This document shows, one piece after another, positions 51,000-64,000 of a stretch of DNA of 64,000 nucleotides. The stretch is from Eledone cirrhosa (lineage: Eukaryota): assembly GCA_964016885.1 (NCBI GenBank), contig OZ024742.1, positions 198,090,001-198,154,000 of the forward strand, written 5' to 3'. The translations under genes and the position numbers were made by a program. The notes beneath the pieces were generated by a model. It worked only from the letters and a program-made list of their open reading frames with translations, did not search any database and was not told the DNA's origin. Within the stretch, counting starts at the first letter, position 1, and the number at the start of each line of letters is the position of its first letter.

Positions 51000-51111
51000 G
51001 GGTAGAATTCTCTTACAATTGGAACACTGTCACTGTATTTATTCCGATATTCATCTGCAAATTCAAACAACTGGACAGCGTGCTGTCGTAGCAGTGCAGA
51101 GTATTGTCTAT
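51000..51111 (-). CDS. GH9 exon D
   Basis: ttgcag|AT...CC|gtatgt; DRQYSALLRQHAVQLFEFADEYRNKYSDSVPIVREFY. Confidence 0.93.
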
Positions 51112-51210
51112 CTGCAAGTGGAAGATACAGAAAAAGGAAACAATATAGATACTGTTGTTCAACAGATAGTTTTGATAGATTAAAACATGTAGGGGTGCAT
51201 GGCAGATATA

Positions 51211-51425
51211 TTAACCCTTTAGCATTTAAACTGGCTGTATCTGGTCAGAATTATCTCATCTCTTTCTGTTAAAACTGGCCATAACCGGTTGCTCATACTG
51301 ATGTTAAGGTACTGTTCTCAAAATAAATATAATAAAATCTTGTAGATTCGATACTATGTAAGATAAAGCCTTTACCACAGAAATACAATAGTAAATATAG
51401 AGTAATATAAATGCTAAAAGGTTAA
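51211..51425. mobile_element. piggyBac-type MITE
   Basis: TTAACCCTTTAGCATT...AATGCTAAAAGGTTAA. Confidence 0.82.
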
Positions 51426-52128
51426 CTAATTTGACACCAAACTGGCCCTGGTTCTATGATACAAGGATATTTGTTTTAAAGTGTTTATATATATATCTAA
51501 ACAGTTACATAATTTTATATAAGAACCATTATAAAGTTATGTTCCACTGGGGCTGAGGGGTGGCTAGTGTGTGGGCTCTCATTTGCTTATTATAGTGAGA
51601 GATGGGGAAAGTGAGAGGGACAGAGGCAGTGAGTGAACATCAACACACACATGCACTTGATAAGACAATGATAGATATTACTTTGAGGTGGTATTTCACT
51701 ATATAAATATATGTATGTGTATGTATATATATAAGCAAGTATATATATATATATAAACAAGTATATATATATAAACAGTTATGTTCCATACAGCAACTAA
51801 ATAATGCAAACAATACTTATGTTCCAAACATCAGCTTATAATGTTATATTGTTAAATCCCTCGTAATTCTTCATTATTTTCAAAATTATTTGAAAATCAT
51901 ATGAAGTGCCTTTCAATAAAAATATGGTAACAAATGGGTGAAATTGTTCATATTTATCTAAAAACTTTTCATCATAATTTTATGTAAAAATATATATATT
52001 CCAAACAGCAATTTAATAGTGAGAAAGTGAGTCATATTACTAAATTCTTCTAAATTCTTGATTGTTTTCAAAAATCTTTTGAACATCATAGGCAGTGTTT
52101 TTGGGAGTAGATTTTAAATGGTTCCTAT

Positions 52129-52618
52129 TTTACCCTTTTGATACCAACCCAGCCAAAACCAGCTCTGGTTCTTTAAAACAAAACCACCTATTTTAAAGGG
52201 TTCCTATTCATATTAAAATCTTCCAACATTATTTGATATAACAACCTTTTGTTAAGTTATGATAGTTATGTTACGAATACAATCTATAGAATGAAATACT
52301 TAATTTTAGTATATCCCTCTATCACTCTAAATTCTTCATTGAATAATCCAAATATATTGTATTTCATTAGAAATATGGTAATAAAAGAATTAACACATTT
52401 GATCCCAACCCAACTACTAGTTTTATGAAACAAAACCACACATTTTAAAGGGTTCTTATTTAAATTAGAATATTTCAACATTAATTTTATAAAAGAACCA
52501 TTTGTTAAGTTACTACTTTAGTAATGAAACAATAAATTTTAGTAAATTCCTCAAAATTCTTCATTAATTAATTGCCATTGAGTGTATTTTATTAGAAATA
52601 TGGTGAGAAAAGGGTTAA
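52129..52618. mobile_element. Second piggyBac-type AT-rich MITE with internal duplication (relatives ~13570-13880, ~51425-52120, ~11540-11690)
   Basis: CCCTTTTGATACCAA...GAAAAGGGTTAA termini. Confidence 0.65.
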
Positions 52619-52680
52619 GAAATTAAAGTGGTTAAGTTTTCAGACAAACTATTGGAATTAGGAGGATGTGGCAGCAGCTA

Positions 52681-52854
<174 letters not shown>

Positions 52855-53039
52855 TCACATCAGAAACAGAAACAGTAGATAAATAGTAAATCAGTTGTGT
52901 CAAAGACATGCCAACCCCCATAATGATGTGGCCATATTAAAAAATACCCAGTGTACTCTGCAGTGTGTGGAAATGTATGTAAACAAAATATGACTACCAA
53001 CCCATCTAAGTAGTCAGTAGCTTCAATTGAATACTCACT

Positions 53040-53632
53040 TGGTCTGTCTCGACCTAACCAACCATTGCTAGTATTATGGAGAGTCGGTTAAAGGAAAATT
53101 ACCTCCCCATAAACAAAAAAAGAGGTATAAGGATTCATTGAAAGCCTCCTTGAAAGACGCTAATATTTCTGCTGATACATGGGAAAGTGTAGCTGCTGAT
53201 AGTAATAAATGGAGAAAGACTGTACATGAGGGGAAAGTTGCTTTTGAAGCATCTCGAATCGCATCTGAGAAAGTAAAAAGGGATGTCACGAAAGCATTGC
53301 AATTACATTTCCAGGCAGCAAAAGTCCTCCTATGGCACTGACATCAGTCTGTGCAAGATTCTGCCTCAGCAAAGCTGGACTCAAAAGTCATCTTCACGGT
53401 CATAAAGTGAGACCAGTAGTTGACTACTAGGCTGCTGGCGGAGATGCTGCTCATACATAACTGAAAAGAGTGTAGATAAGTAGGAAGGCTCAAATGACAT
53501 GTAAAGGTACATGAAGTCCAACCACAGCCGGCTGTTGCCAGTGAAGGTTTTTATCATGGTTGCCAACTCTGTGCAAGACATTTTAGATCATTGGCTGGGC
53601 TAAAAAGCCACATTCAATTGCAGCACCATTAA
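53040..53632 (+). mobile_element. 3' fragment of a distinct RTE/BovB-like LINE with C-terminal C2H2 fingers
   Basis: KQKKRYKDSLKASLK...TWESVAAD..KWRKTVHEG and two C-x2-C...GLKSH repeats in broken frames. Confidence 0.7.
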
Positions 53633-53888
53633 TTATTAATATATATGTGTGTGTGTTTTTTTTTGTCTTTTTTTTATCGTGCAATGGCCATACTCGATAA
53701 TGAGGGAGCAGCAGCAATCATGTATGTATGTGTGTATATGTGTGTGTGAATATATATATATAATTGGTGTTGGATGCTTAAAGCGTTCGTATGCGGTAGG
53801 CCGTATGAGCACTCGATGCTCTCATAGAGCAGAGTATGATATCACAGAAAAAAAGAGAATCAGTGTTGCGAAGAATGGAATTTATTGG

Positions 53889-53974
53889 ACATATTACAAT
53901 CGTTTCTCTGGCGACCAGCTCGAGGCACGATCGATGTGATGATCGAACCTGACTCTGAAAATCGCAAGGTCCTC

Positions 53975-53982
<8 letters not shown>
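53889..53982 (-). ncRNA. Hammerhead with long stem II
   Basis: ATATAT-CTGAGGA-[63 nt, imperfect stem]-GAAA-CGATTG-TA|ATATGT; homologous to 3734-3804. Confidence 0.6.
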
Positions 53983-54068
<86 letters not shown>

Positions 54069-54101
54069 CAAGGTCCTCTCTCTCTCTCTTTATATATATA
54101 T

Positions 54102-54133
<32 letters not shown>

Positions 54134-54640
54134 GGTCAGGGTCCAACAGCTGAGCACTTGCTGTTTCAACAGCTAGTTCCAGAGTCTGGAACTAGCTGTT
54201 GAAATGGTAAGAGCTCAGCCGTCAGGTCCTGACTCTTTCTAATATAGTCACACTCTACTACCCCAAGTATTGAGTACTCTGTTGAATAATGGTCTAACTA
54301 GTTTAATACTGGTTTAATCCTGATATATGATATATATGTGTGTGTGTGTATCATCATGCTCATCATCATAGGTTATGCATCGACTTTTCCATGCTGGCAT
54401 GGGTTGGATGAAATTTTTTGAGGCAATGTTTTAGAGCCAGTTGCCCTTTCTGACACCAATCCTTTCAGTTGATTCTTACAACACACAGGGATATAGTATA
54501 CACACGGACACACCCACATGCACACACGAGGGAGAGATAGAGAGTAAGAGAGAGAGAGAAAAAGTCACTGTCAAGCTTTTCCTTCTAAAATAATGTATAC
54601 ATATACACATTCATACACACACACACACACATACATATAC

Positions 54641-54681
<41 letters not shown>

Positions 54682-54700
54682 CATTCACATATATACTCAC

Positions 54701-54885
54701 CTGTACATAAAACTCATATTTCATAGTGTGTGCCTTTAAAAAGTAATCTAAAGGCCATCTCACACATTCCAGCATGTCTTTTAAAAGACCTGTTTTCTCG
54801 TAGGCTTCTCGGAATTCAACAAGTCCCCATAACAACATAGTTGTAGCACTTGCCATTGTGAACCCAAATTTTACATGGTCCCCAG
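54701..54885 (-). CDS. GH9 exon B
   Basis: ccag|CT...CAG|gtgagt; AGDHVKFGFTMASATTMLLWG...FYVQ; completes the catalytic D-A-G-D across the junction. Confidence 0.95.
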
Positions 54886-55099
54886 CTGGATGTTGGAAAG
54901 AAAAACAATTATAAAGGTAAATTTTATAATAACTGTTAAAATTATGTGAATCATATACATCGCTCTACTTTGTATTGAGTTCTTTCTCCTTGCCTCATGT
55001 CATTTACTTTACTGTTTATGCACACACACACATACATACACACATATACAGACAGAGACACAGACGCAACACACGTGTGCACACATACACATTGAGTGT

Positions 55100-55370
55100 T
55101 CTACATGTATGAACACCAGAACAGCTTGCTCATGAAATTAACGAGCAAGTGGCTGAGCATTCTACAGACATGATTACCCTTAATATAGTTCTCTTCATGA
55201 TTCAGTGTGGGACAAAGCTAGCTCTTTGAATTACAGGTACAACTCCTTTTTTCAGGTGAGTAGACTAGAGCCCTATGAAATAAAGTGTCTTGCTCAAGGA
55301 TACAATGCACTACTTGGAAATGATCCCATGACTTTACAATCAAAGCCAAACACCCTTAACTACTAAAATA
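55100..55370 (-). mobile_element. Older CORE-type SINE (partial relative at ~62060-62190)
   Basis: TAAAGTGTCTTGCTCAAGG core and shared 3' body. Confidence 0.65.
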
Positions 55371-55458
55371 GAAAGCTAAACAAACAGCTTAGATATATAC
55401 AATATGTCCATTTAAGATGACATTGTTGTCAGATGCCGTTTATCTTAATGGTTTAGAG

Positions 55459-56466
55459 CAGCAGTCCCCAGCCTTTTTGTGCCATGGACTGGTGTCATAC
55501 AAAACAATTTCTCCACAGACCAAGGAAGGTGAGGGGTGGGGGGGTTGATGTGGGTCATGTGCATAACAAAACACAGTAAACAATAAAGTGCATATTATAT
55601 AATTTTATTATTAATTTAATTAAGGGTGGTAGATTGGCAGCATCGGTAGAGCGTCGGACACTCTGTTTCGTGTCACAGAGTTACGGCCCTTTACGTTCTG
55701 AGTTCAAATCCCGCTGAGGTTAGCTTTGCCTTACATCCTTATAAGGTCGATAAATAAAGCACCAGTAACATACTGGGGTCGATTTAATTGACTTCCTCCT
55801 CCCCCAAAATTGTTGGCCTTGTGCCTAAAGTAGAAACCATTATTAGTTCAATTATTACATTTATAAATGTGACTCAACTCAACATAATACAGACTCAACT
55901 CAACATAATACAGACTCAACTCAACATAATGCAGACTCAACTCAACATAAGGTAGACTCAACTCAACATAAGGTATACTCCACTCAACGTAAGGTAGACT
56001 CAACTCAAAATAAGGTAGACTCAACGCAACATAAGGTAGACTTAACTCAACATAAGGTAGACTCAACTCAACATAATACAGACTCCATTCAACATAATGC
56101 AGACTCAACGCAACATAAGGTAGACTCAACTCAACATAATACAGACTCAACTCAACATAATACAGACTCCATTCAACATAATGCAGACTCAGCGCAACAT
56201 AAGGTAGACTCAACACAACATAAGGTAGACTCCATTCAACATAATGCAGACTCAACTCAACATAAGGTAGACTCAACGCAACATAAGGTAAACTCAACTC
56301 AACATAATACAGACTCCACTCAACGTAAGGTAGACTCAACTCAACATAAGGTAGACCACGATAGTCAATAAAATATGAAAAATGATTTTATTCTTTCTAT
56401 GTGACCTGGTATCAAATAGTCCACAGCCCGGTATCAGTCCATGGCCTTGTGGTTGGGGACCAGCTG
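55459..56466. mobile_element. hAT/Charlie-like MITE hosting a SINE (55625-55845) and a minisatellite
   Basis: CAGCAGTCCCCAGCC...GGTTGGGGACCAGCTG termini resembling CAGGGGTCCCCAACC; 8-bp TSD not preserved. Confidence 0.65.
55870..56356. repeat. 21-bp minisatellite (~23 units)
   Basis: AGACTCAACTCAACATAAGGT / ...ATAATAC units. Confidence 0.95.
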
Positions 56467-56825
56467 GAATTTAAAAGGTGCAAGATTTCAATTGTTTGTG
56501 GTAGCTGCTGGCTGCTTTTTCTATTTCTAGGGAGATTTTCCCCAATTTTCTATGGTACTATTTATAACAATCAACTGTGATTACAGTTATTTTCTGTGTA
56601 TGAAATTTTTACATTTTCTAAGGACTTCAAATCGACCCAACACTCCGATACTTTATTTTCGAAATTATATATGTATTTGTGTATAATGGATGACTGAATA
56701 TACATGTGTGATTTTTTCCTCCTTTTTTCTCCTTATTTCCCTGATCCTTCCTCTTCTTTCTATTTATCTTCTATTTCTAACTCTCAATTTGTTCATCACA
56801 ATTCATTTCTACTTGGAGCACTGCG

Positions 56826-56893
<68 letters not shown>

Positions 56894-57008
56894 TTCGTTT
56901 CTGAATTTGTTTAGCAAGATTCTTTATCTGAAATCGTGTGTTGAAATCGTGTGTTGAAACCGATATTGCCTTATTGGCAACATGACCCTCCCAAAGTATA
57001 ACAATATA

Positions 57009-57060
<52 letters not shown>

Positions 57061-57324
57061 TATACACACATACATTCATACTTTCATACATATATCTAGC
57101 ATTTGAACTAACACTAGATATGGCTGTACAAGGCATTTAATCCATCCCTCAAGTGATTGTCATTAAATTCATCTAATTTATGTGTATTAATTAAAACAAA
57201 CATATGAGTATTAAAGATTATTGACCCGACCACGTATATATATACACGTATATAGAAAAAAAGATGAAATCGAAAATGCAACTGGAGTCTTATTTTTAAA
57301 AAAATATATATATTTATTTGGTTC

Positions 57325-57360
57325 CTTTACCGGTTTTGCAGCTCTTCTGCTTTTCAAAAG
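57325..57360 (-). ncRNA. Highly decayed hammerhead-like motif within inverted-repeat element ~57255-57450
   Basis: CTT-TTGAAAA-GCAG(aagag)CTGC-AAAA-CCGG-TA|AAG; geometry is right but the core has three substitutions. Confidence 0.4.
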
Positions 57361-57539
57361 TAGAGTTGAGATGGAGGGTCTGTGGTTTTTCTCACAGAGA
57401 GAAAAACCACAGACCCTCCAGTTGCATTTTCGATTTCATCTTTTTTTCTTTATACTTTCACTCGTGTAGGACTCTTCGGTTATTTTTCATTTTGTAAAAA
57501 AAACCTCACTTTCTAAAATATATATATATATATATACCT

Positions 57540-58650
57540 GACAAACACTAAGGTCCTTGTAAGTAGACGAGAAAACAGAACCCAGATCCCCTCAGGGAAA
57601 TGGCCTTGCTCAGTATGTAGGAAAGGTGTAGGTAGGAGCTCCATTCTCTGCCCCAAATGCAAACAATGGGTACACAAGAGATGTAGCGGGATCTCAGGAA
57701 GCTTAACTTAGAATGTAGGCTTCACATGTAGCAGCTGTGCTGGGACACCAAGCAGCAAACAGCCACAGGAAACACCAAACTCTGGGAGGGCTCTGTAGAA
57801 ACAGTAGACAGCTTCTGCTACCTAGGTGACCGAAATAGCAGCGGAGGTGGGTGTTCGGAAAGTACAATAACTAGGGTAAGAACGGGATGGAAGAAGTTCA
57901 GGGAGCTACTGGCACTGCTAGCTGCAAAAGGTTTTTCCCTCAAAATGAAAGGCAGACTGTATGATGCGTGTATACGAACAGCAATGTTACATGGTAGTGA
58001 CACCTGGGTACTGTCTGTGGAAGACTTGCGTAGATCAGAAAGAAACAAAGCTTGCATGTTCTGATGGATGTGCAATAGTAATATACACGAACGGCAAAGC
58101 ATAAACGAATTGAGAGAGAGACTGAGCATAAGAGGAATCAAATGCTGTGTGCAGGAGAGGCGGTTGCATTGGTATGGACATGTGATGTGTATGAAGGATG
58201 ACGGCTGCATAAAAAGGTGCAGAGCACTAGAAGTCGATGGAAACCGCGGAGTAGGGAGACCCAAGAAGATCTGGGATGAGGTGATAAAAGCCAATTACAC
58301 CTCTCAAAGGCGATGACATACGACCGTGACCTCTGGCGTCACGCAGTAATACAGAAGACCCGACCCCCCATGGGTACAAGCCGAAGCTGAAGCATATAGA
58401 CAATATGCCTCCACACCCCCCCCCCCCACTGTAAAGTGGACGTGTAGGCACCACAGAAAAAAAGCACCCAGCACTCACTGTAAATGAGGTTGGTGTTAGG
58501 AAGGGCATCCAGCTGCAGAAATCAAACCAGAATCAATTCCCGTATGAGCAAGGCATGGACAGCCAACTGGACACTGCTCACAACAGGACAACCCGTCTAA
58601 CTCATGCTAGTGTGTAAGAACGGACGTAAAACGGTGATGATGATGATGAT
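57540..58650 (+). mobile_element. RTE subfamily C, 5'-truncated, decayed
   Basis: PHD-like and C-terminal RTE similarity, 3' UTR and (GAT)n tail. Confidence 0.9.
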
Positions 58651-58842
58651 ATATATATATATATGTTTATAATACAAATGAATATATGAGGGATGAACAT
58701 CTATACAATTATAGAAGTGTTCAGATTGCAAATGACCAAGTTAGCTAAGTTGAAAAATACTAATTTAACATATGGTTTGCCTGTCTCGATTTAAAATTTG
58801 ATATATATTTATATATGCATACATATACATTTATACATATAT

Positions 58843-60006
58843 ATCATCATCATCATCATTATCATCATTTTACGTCCGCTTTTCCCTGCTTGCAAGGGTG
58901 GGACGGGTCTTATTCAGCACAGCATCTCTCCACTCGTCACGGTCCCTCGTCATCTCCACCGTGAGCTTCAATGATCTGAGGTCTGTTCTCACCACCTCCG
59001 CCCATGTTTTTCGTGGTCTACCTCTACCACGTCTTCCTTCAACTGGCATTTCCTGGCACTTCTTCACCCATCGGTCATCCTCCATGCGCATCACATGTCC
59101 ATACCACCTCAGTCTCCTCTCCCGTACACTACATTCTATCCCTCTCAGACACAGTTTCTCTCTCAACACATTTATGCTGGGTCGTTCACGCACATTTACA
59201 CTGCACATCCAACGGAGCATGCTTGCCTCATTTCTCTCCAGCCGTCGCATATCCTCTGCGGTTGCTGCCCATGTCTCACTACCATGCAGCATCGCGCTCC
59301 TCACACAATCATCATACAACCGGCCTTTCGTACGCAGGGAGAAACCCTTCTTCGTCAACAGAGGAAGCAGCTCCCTAAACTTCTTCCAACCCGTCCTTAT
59401 TCTAGATACTATGGCCTCGGAACACCCTCCTCCCATGCTAATCTGATCTCCTAGGTACCGGAAGCTATCCACCACTTCTATAGCGCCCTCTCGCATTTGA
59501 AAAATGTGTCTATCAGTGCGACTTCTACTGTCTAATTTCCCTGTACATCTACTGCATACATATTTCTCCCTACCTGTTAGTTTGCCTGCTATCCCGCTAC
59601 ATCTCTTGTGTACCCAGGACCTGCATTGTGTGCATTTTATAGAATTTATGCCAGTTCCTTTTCTGCATATCAAACATGGCCATTTCCCTGACGGAATCAG
59701 GATTTTGTCCTCTTTTCTACTCATCAACACTTTTGTCTTAGCTAGGTTCACTCTGTCCTCTTGCTTCCAACTGCTGTTTCCATAGCCAGAATTTATTCTC
59801 TAGCTCCTCTACTGATTCTGCTATAAGAACCAGATCGTCAGCATAGAGAAGTTCCCATGGACAGCCAGTCTTAAACTCCTCTGTTATGGCTTGGAGGACT
59901 ATAATGAACAAGAGCGGGCTGAGGACCGAACCCTGATGTACTCCTACTTGTATCTGGAATTCCTCACTAAACTCCATTCCTACCCTGACTTTACTGAGAG
60001 TACCTC
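58843..60006 (-). mobile_element. RTE subfamily B, 5'-truncated, well preserved
   Basis: ORFs 59738-59977 and 58870-59751, close to 44115-45285. Confidence 0.95.
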
Positions 60007-60229
60007 ATATAGGGAGCAGCGGCTGTTAGGGTAAGACGTATTTTCTTGGGCTCTGCTAGAGTCAGCAGCAACACACAACCACGTGTTGCTACACACACAC
60101 ACAAGAGGAAAGAGAAAATTTAAAATTTATGAGACCAATAGAGATATGTACATTTATATATTTATATCTAGATATTGCTATTATCATTTACAGTCCCTCT
60201 GTGTTTAATGTATGTTCATTAGTATATGT

Positions 60230-60535
60230 GTTGTTATTTCTGCTTGCATTTTGCATATATACATATATATATCTATATATATGCTTGCGTGGACCCCTCT
60301 CAAAAATTTGTTGGATTTTCTAATTGGATACGCCAACACTGGATATCAACACTGAATACACCTGAACTTCTATCAGGAAATCTTTCGTTGTTATTTCTGC
60401 TTGCATTTTATATATATACATATATATATATATCAATGCTTGCGTGGACCCCACTTAAAGATTCGTTGGATTTTCTAATTGGATACCCCGAAACTGGATA
60501 CCAATCACTGAACTTCTACCAGGAAATCTTTCATA
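60230..60535. repeat. Diverged ~155-bp tandem duplication
   Basis: TTGTTATTTCTGCTTGCATTTT...ATGCTTGCGTGGACCC...CAGGAAATCTTTC occurs twice. Confidence 0.8.
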
Positions 60536-60822
60536 TCAGTGAAAAATTTTCTCTTCTTTGCTTCATATATATATATTATATATACTTGTCAGCCATTGCA
60601 AAAGGCCATAAATTCAAAATTTTGAAGAGAGAGGAAAAGAGAGAAGTGATCTATGAACTTGTAACATCTCACTGACCCCCCGTCACCACAATAACAATAA
60701 CGCCTACACTCGCTCCCCACCATCACTATATATATGTATAATATTAACAAATGGAAACTATATTTATAAAACCATATCTATTTTATTATACATATTTCAA
60801 GGATACCATGTTAAATTATATG

Positions 60823-60855
<33 letters not shown>

Positions 60856-61238
60856 GCATACATATCATATATTGAGTTATAAACTCGAAATAGTCTTTTA
60901 CAATTAAATAGCTCAAAGAAGGGAATATTTCTGAATGAATATATGAGAGGGATAAACACTGATACGAGTATACATGTGTTCGAATTGCAAATGACCAAGT
61001 TAGCTCGGAAATATTCCCTTCTTTGAGCTATTTAATTGTAAAAGACTATTTTTAGTTTATAACTCAAAATATGATATTCTCGGCTCCATACGTAGAGCTA
61101 ATTTTAGTCCCATAAAACCAGCTCCTATTTTTAGTGGCACGAGTATGATACGAGTTAGGCGCTGTGACATGTGCGTTCAACAACACATAGTTCTCAGTCT
61201 TCTTAAATATTTCGAAGTGAAAGGTACGAATTTTCCTG

Positions 61239-61318
61239 GATACCCGCAGAAGAACACAGGGAAAGTGACTTTCACTTAATAATTATTGCGAAACAGATTT
61301 AGAACCTGTCCGGGTATC
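61239..61318 (+). ncRNA. Decayed hammerhead within nested inverted-repeat element ~60862-61490
   Basis: GATACCCG-CAGAAGA-...-GAAA-CAG(atttagaac)CTG-TC|CGGGTATC: perfect 8-bp stem I and GUC site, U4A change, poor stem II. Confidence 0.6.
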
Positions 61319-61489
61319 ACGGCCATTGCCAAATATAGGTTTGTTATTTTTATTGATTTATTACTTTAAATCGAGACAAGCAAACCATATTATTTTAAAG
61401 TAGTATTTTTCAACCTAGCTAACTTGGTCATTTGCAATTCGAACACATGTATACTTGTATCGGTGTTCATCCCTCTCATATATTCAATT

Positions 61490-62025
61490 GTATATGCATA
61501 CATATACATTTATACATATATACTCACCAGCACATACACTCACCCATACAGTTACGCATATATTCAAACACACACATGTTTACAATCACATACTCATATA
61601 TAAACATACAATTATACTTATATACAAACATACACACAGGTATGCTTACATAACACGCAACATAGATAGGTTTATATAATGCCTCACATCTCAAAAATGC
61701 ATGCACAAACACATATACAGAAAATACATACACAAACACTCAGAGAAAAACACACATATAAATAAACACACACACACGCATACACAAACAGACATACAAA
61801 AACACAGAGACAGACATGCACATATACAAACACACCCATATACAAATGCACTCATATACAAACACACACAGACAGACACACATACACAAACATATATATA
61901 TATATATACTCACATACACAAACACACATATATATATACACACAGACAGACACACACATGCATACACACACATAGACAACATACACATACACATATATAT
62001 ACAGACAAATACACATGTATGTGTG
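61490..62025. repeat. Degenerate (CA/TA)n tract
   Basis: Direct inspection. Confidence 0.85.
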
Positions 62026-62708
62026 TTGGACCTCCATTGGTTCCAGCCTGCTCTTGAAATAAATGTCCAATTTGCTGAGCATTCCACAGACATGTGTACC
62101 CTTAACATAGTTCTCAGGGAGATTCAGCATGACTCAGTGTGTGACAAGGCTGGCTTTTTAAACTGAAGATGCAACTCATTTTTTGCCAGCTACTATTGGG
62201 TCCCAAATAATAGGGAAAGGGGTTGGAACAAGGGGGTGGAATAAGTGGGTGGGGATCAGTAATCTTTCTAGGTTGTCTTCGTTGATTTTTTTTTTAAAAC
62301 CAGAATTAGTCATTTAGTTTACATATTGAGACCCCTAATCCATCCTACTTATTTTGTAATGTATGAGATTTCTAGTAATGTACAATTTTGTCATGTATAA
62401 AGTTTTTTAATGTATAAAGAAAATTAATTGTCGCAGGAATGCTACCGCTTAAAATAAATTTCACTGGAGATAGATTAGAAAAATTTAATAAGTGGGGGAG
62501 GGAAGTGGGGTGGAAAATTCTTTAAAATTAATATACATTCAAACAAATATGCATATACGAAGATACACGAATATACACACTCATACATGAAGATATACAT
62601 ATATACAAAGATACCCACTCACACAAATACTTACACCTCCAGAGCCTCAGTATGTTTCAGATCCACACCATACATGGCATGCAGGTTGAAAATGTCTGCT
62701 ATAGACTA

Positions 62709-62900
<192 letters not shown>

Positions 62901-62994
62901 TTAGAGGTAACAGCGTATAGTTATGTTATTTTATGTTTTGAGTTCAAATCCCTCTGACCTTAGCTTTGCCTTTCATTGTTAGTGAAGTTGGATG

Positions 62995-63212
62995 GGTGGT
63001 AGATTGGCAGTATCGGTAAAACACCAGACACCATGTTTCGTGGCATAGAGTTACAGCTCTTTATGTTTTGAGTTCAAATTCTGCCAAGGTTAGCTTTGCC
63101 TTTCACCCTTACGCGGTCAATAAAATAAAGTACCAGTAACGCACTGAGGTAAATTTAATCGACTTTCCCCTTCTCTTTAAAATTTTGGCCTTGTGCCTAA
63201 AGTAGAAACAAT
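62995..63212 (+). mobile_element. Abundant SINE copy (another at ~63500-63700)
   Basis: Same head and core sequence. Confidence 0.85.
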
Positions 63213-63774
63213 TTTTACCGAAGTTAGTACATTTGTACAAACTTGGTACTATTTGTCGTTAATTTTACTTTTCTGTACATTTGGTACCAAGTGCGAATCT
63301 TTTTCATACATTTTAGAGATTGTACTTGCTTTGTGAATTTGGCTTAATTTATATTCTAAAATCACCATTTAATGATTTACCATTTACCATCTATGACGGC
63401 TTTTACATCGAGAAGCTATCCATTAAATGTATTTGCCCGTCAGATCTCACTTGACATCAATACTTCTGCATAGTATTTCAAATAGGTAACCATCTGTATT
63501 TTTGGTAGTATTGGTAGAGCTTCAGGCACTAGCATTATGGCCCTTTATGTTCTGAGCTCAAATCCCACTGAGGTTAGTTTTGTCTTTCATCCTTTCGAGG
63601 TTGATAAAATAAAGTACCAGTAATGCACTGGTCTCGATTGAATTGACTTTCCCTTTCCCTCAAAATTGTTGGCCTTGTGTCTAAATCAGAAACCATTATT
63701 ATTATTACTATCATTATCATTATCGAGTTGCAGACATCATATATATGTGTATGTGTGTCTACATATATGTGTAT

Positions 63775-64000
63775 ATCATCATCATCATCATCATCACCGT
63801 TTAACGTCCGTTCTTCCACGCTAGCATGGGTTAAACGGGTTGTCCTGTTGTGGGCAGTGTCCGGTCGGCTGACCTTGGCTTGCTCATACAGGAACAGATT
63901 CTGGCTTGATTTCTACAGCTGGATGCCCTTCCTAACACCAACCTCATTTACAGTGAGTGCTGGGTGCTTTTTTTTCTGTGGCGCCTACACGTCAACTTTA
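63775..64000 (-). mobile_element. RTE-C 3' UTR running off the window
   Basis: Reverse complement of 58430-58650. Confidence 0.88.

Overview
Repeat-dense animal genomic DNA; the SINE, RTE and microsatellite repertoire suggests a cephalopod, probably an octopus (inference). Two host genes converge. The terminal exon of a Cys-loop (nAChR-like) receptor subunit lies on + (649-1029). A glycoside hydrolase family 9 endoglucanase (cellulase) gene lies on -; I rebuilt nine exons by hand (62893 down to 9684), all with GT-AG sites and compatible phases, giving about 442 aa with the catalytic DAGD and NEV motifs intact. Its 5' exon(s) lie beyond the window. The rest is mobile DNA: several RTE LINE subfamilies carrying a PHD-type finger, R4/Dong-type fragments, a decayed Penelope-like element (RT + GIY-YIG), tRNA-derived SINEs, piggyBac, Tc1 and hAT MITEs, a 6.5-kb satellite and several minisatellites. 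The most striking unannotated signal is about 11 type I hammerhead ribozyme motifs, intact to decayed, in about seven sequence families. Many sit in palindromic non-coding elements in (TA)n tracts, and one palindrome family is directly homologous to the 3' terminal repeat of the Penelope element in this window. All folds and alignments were done by eye and need computational confirmation.
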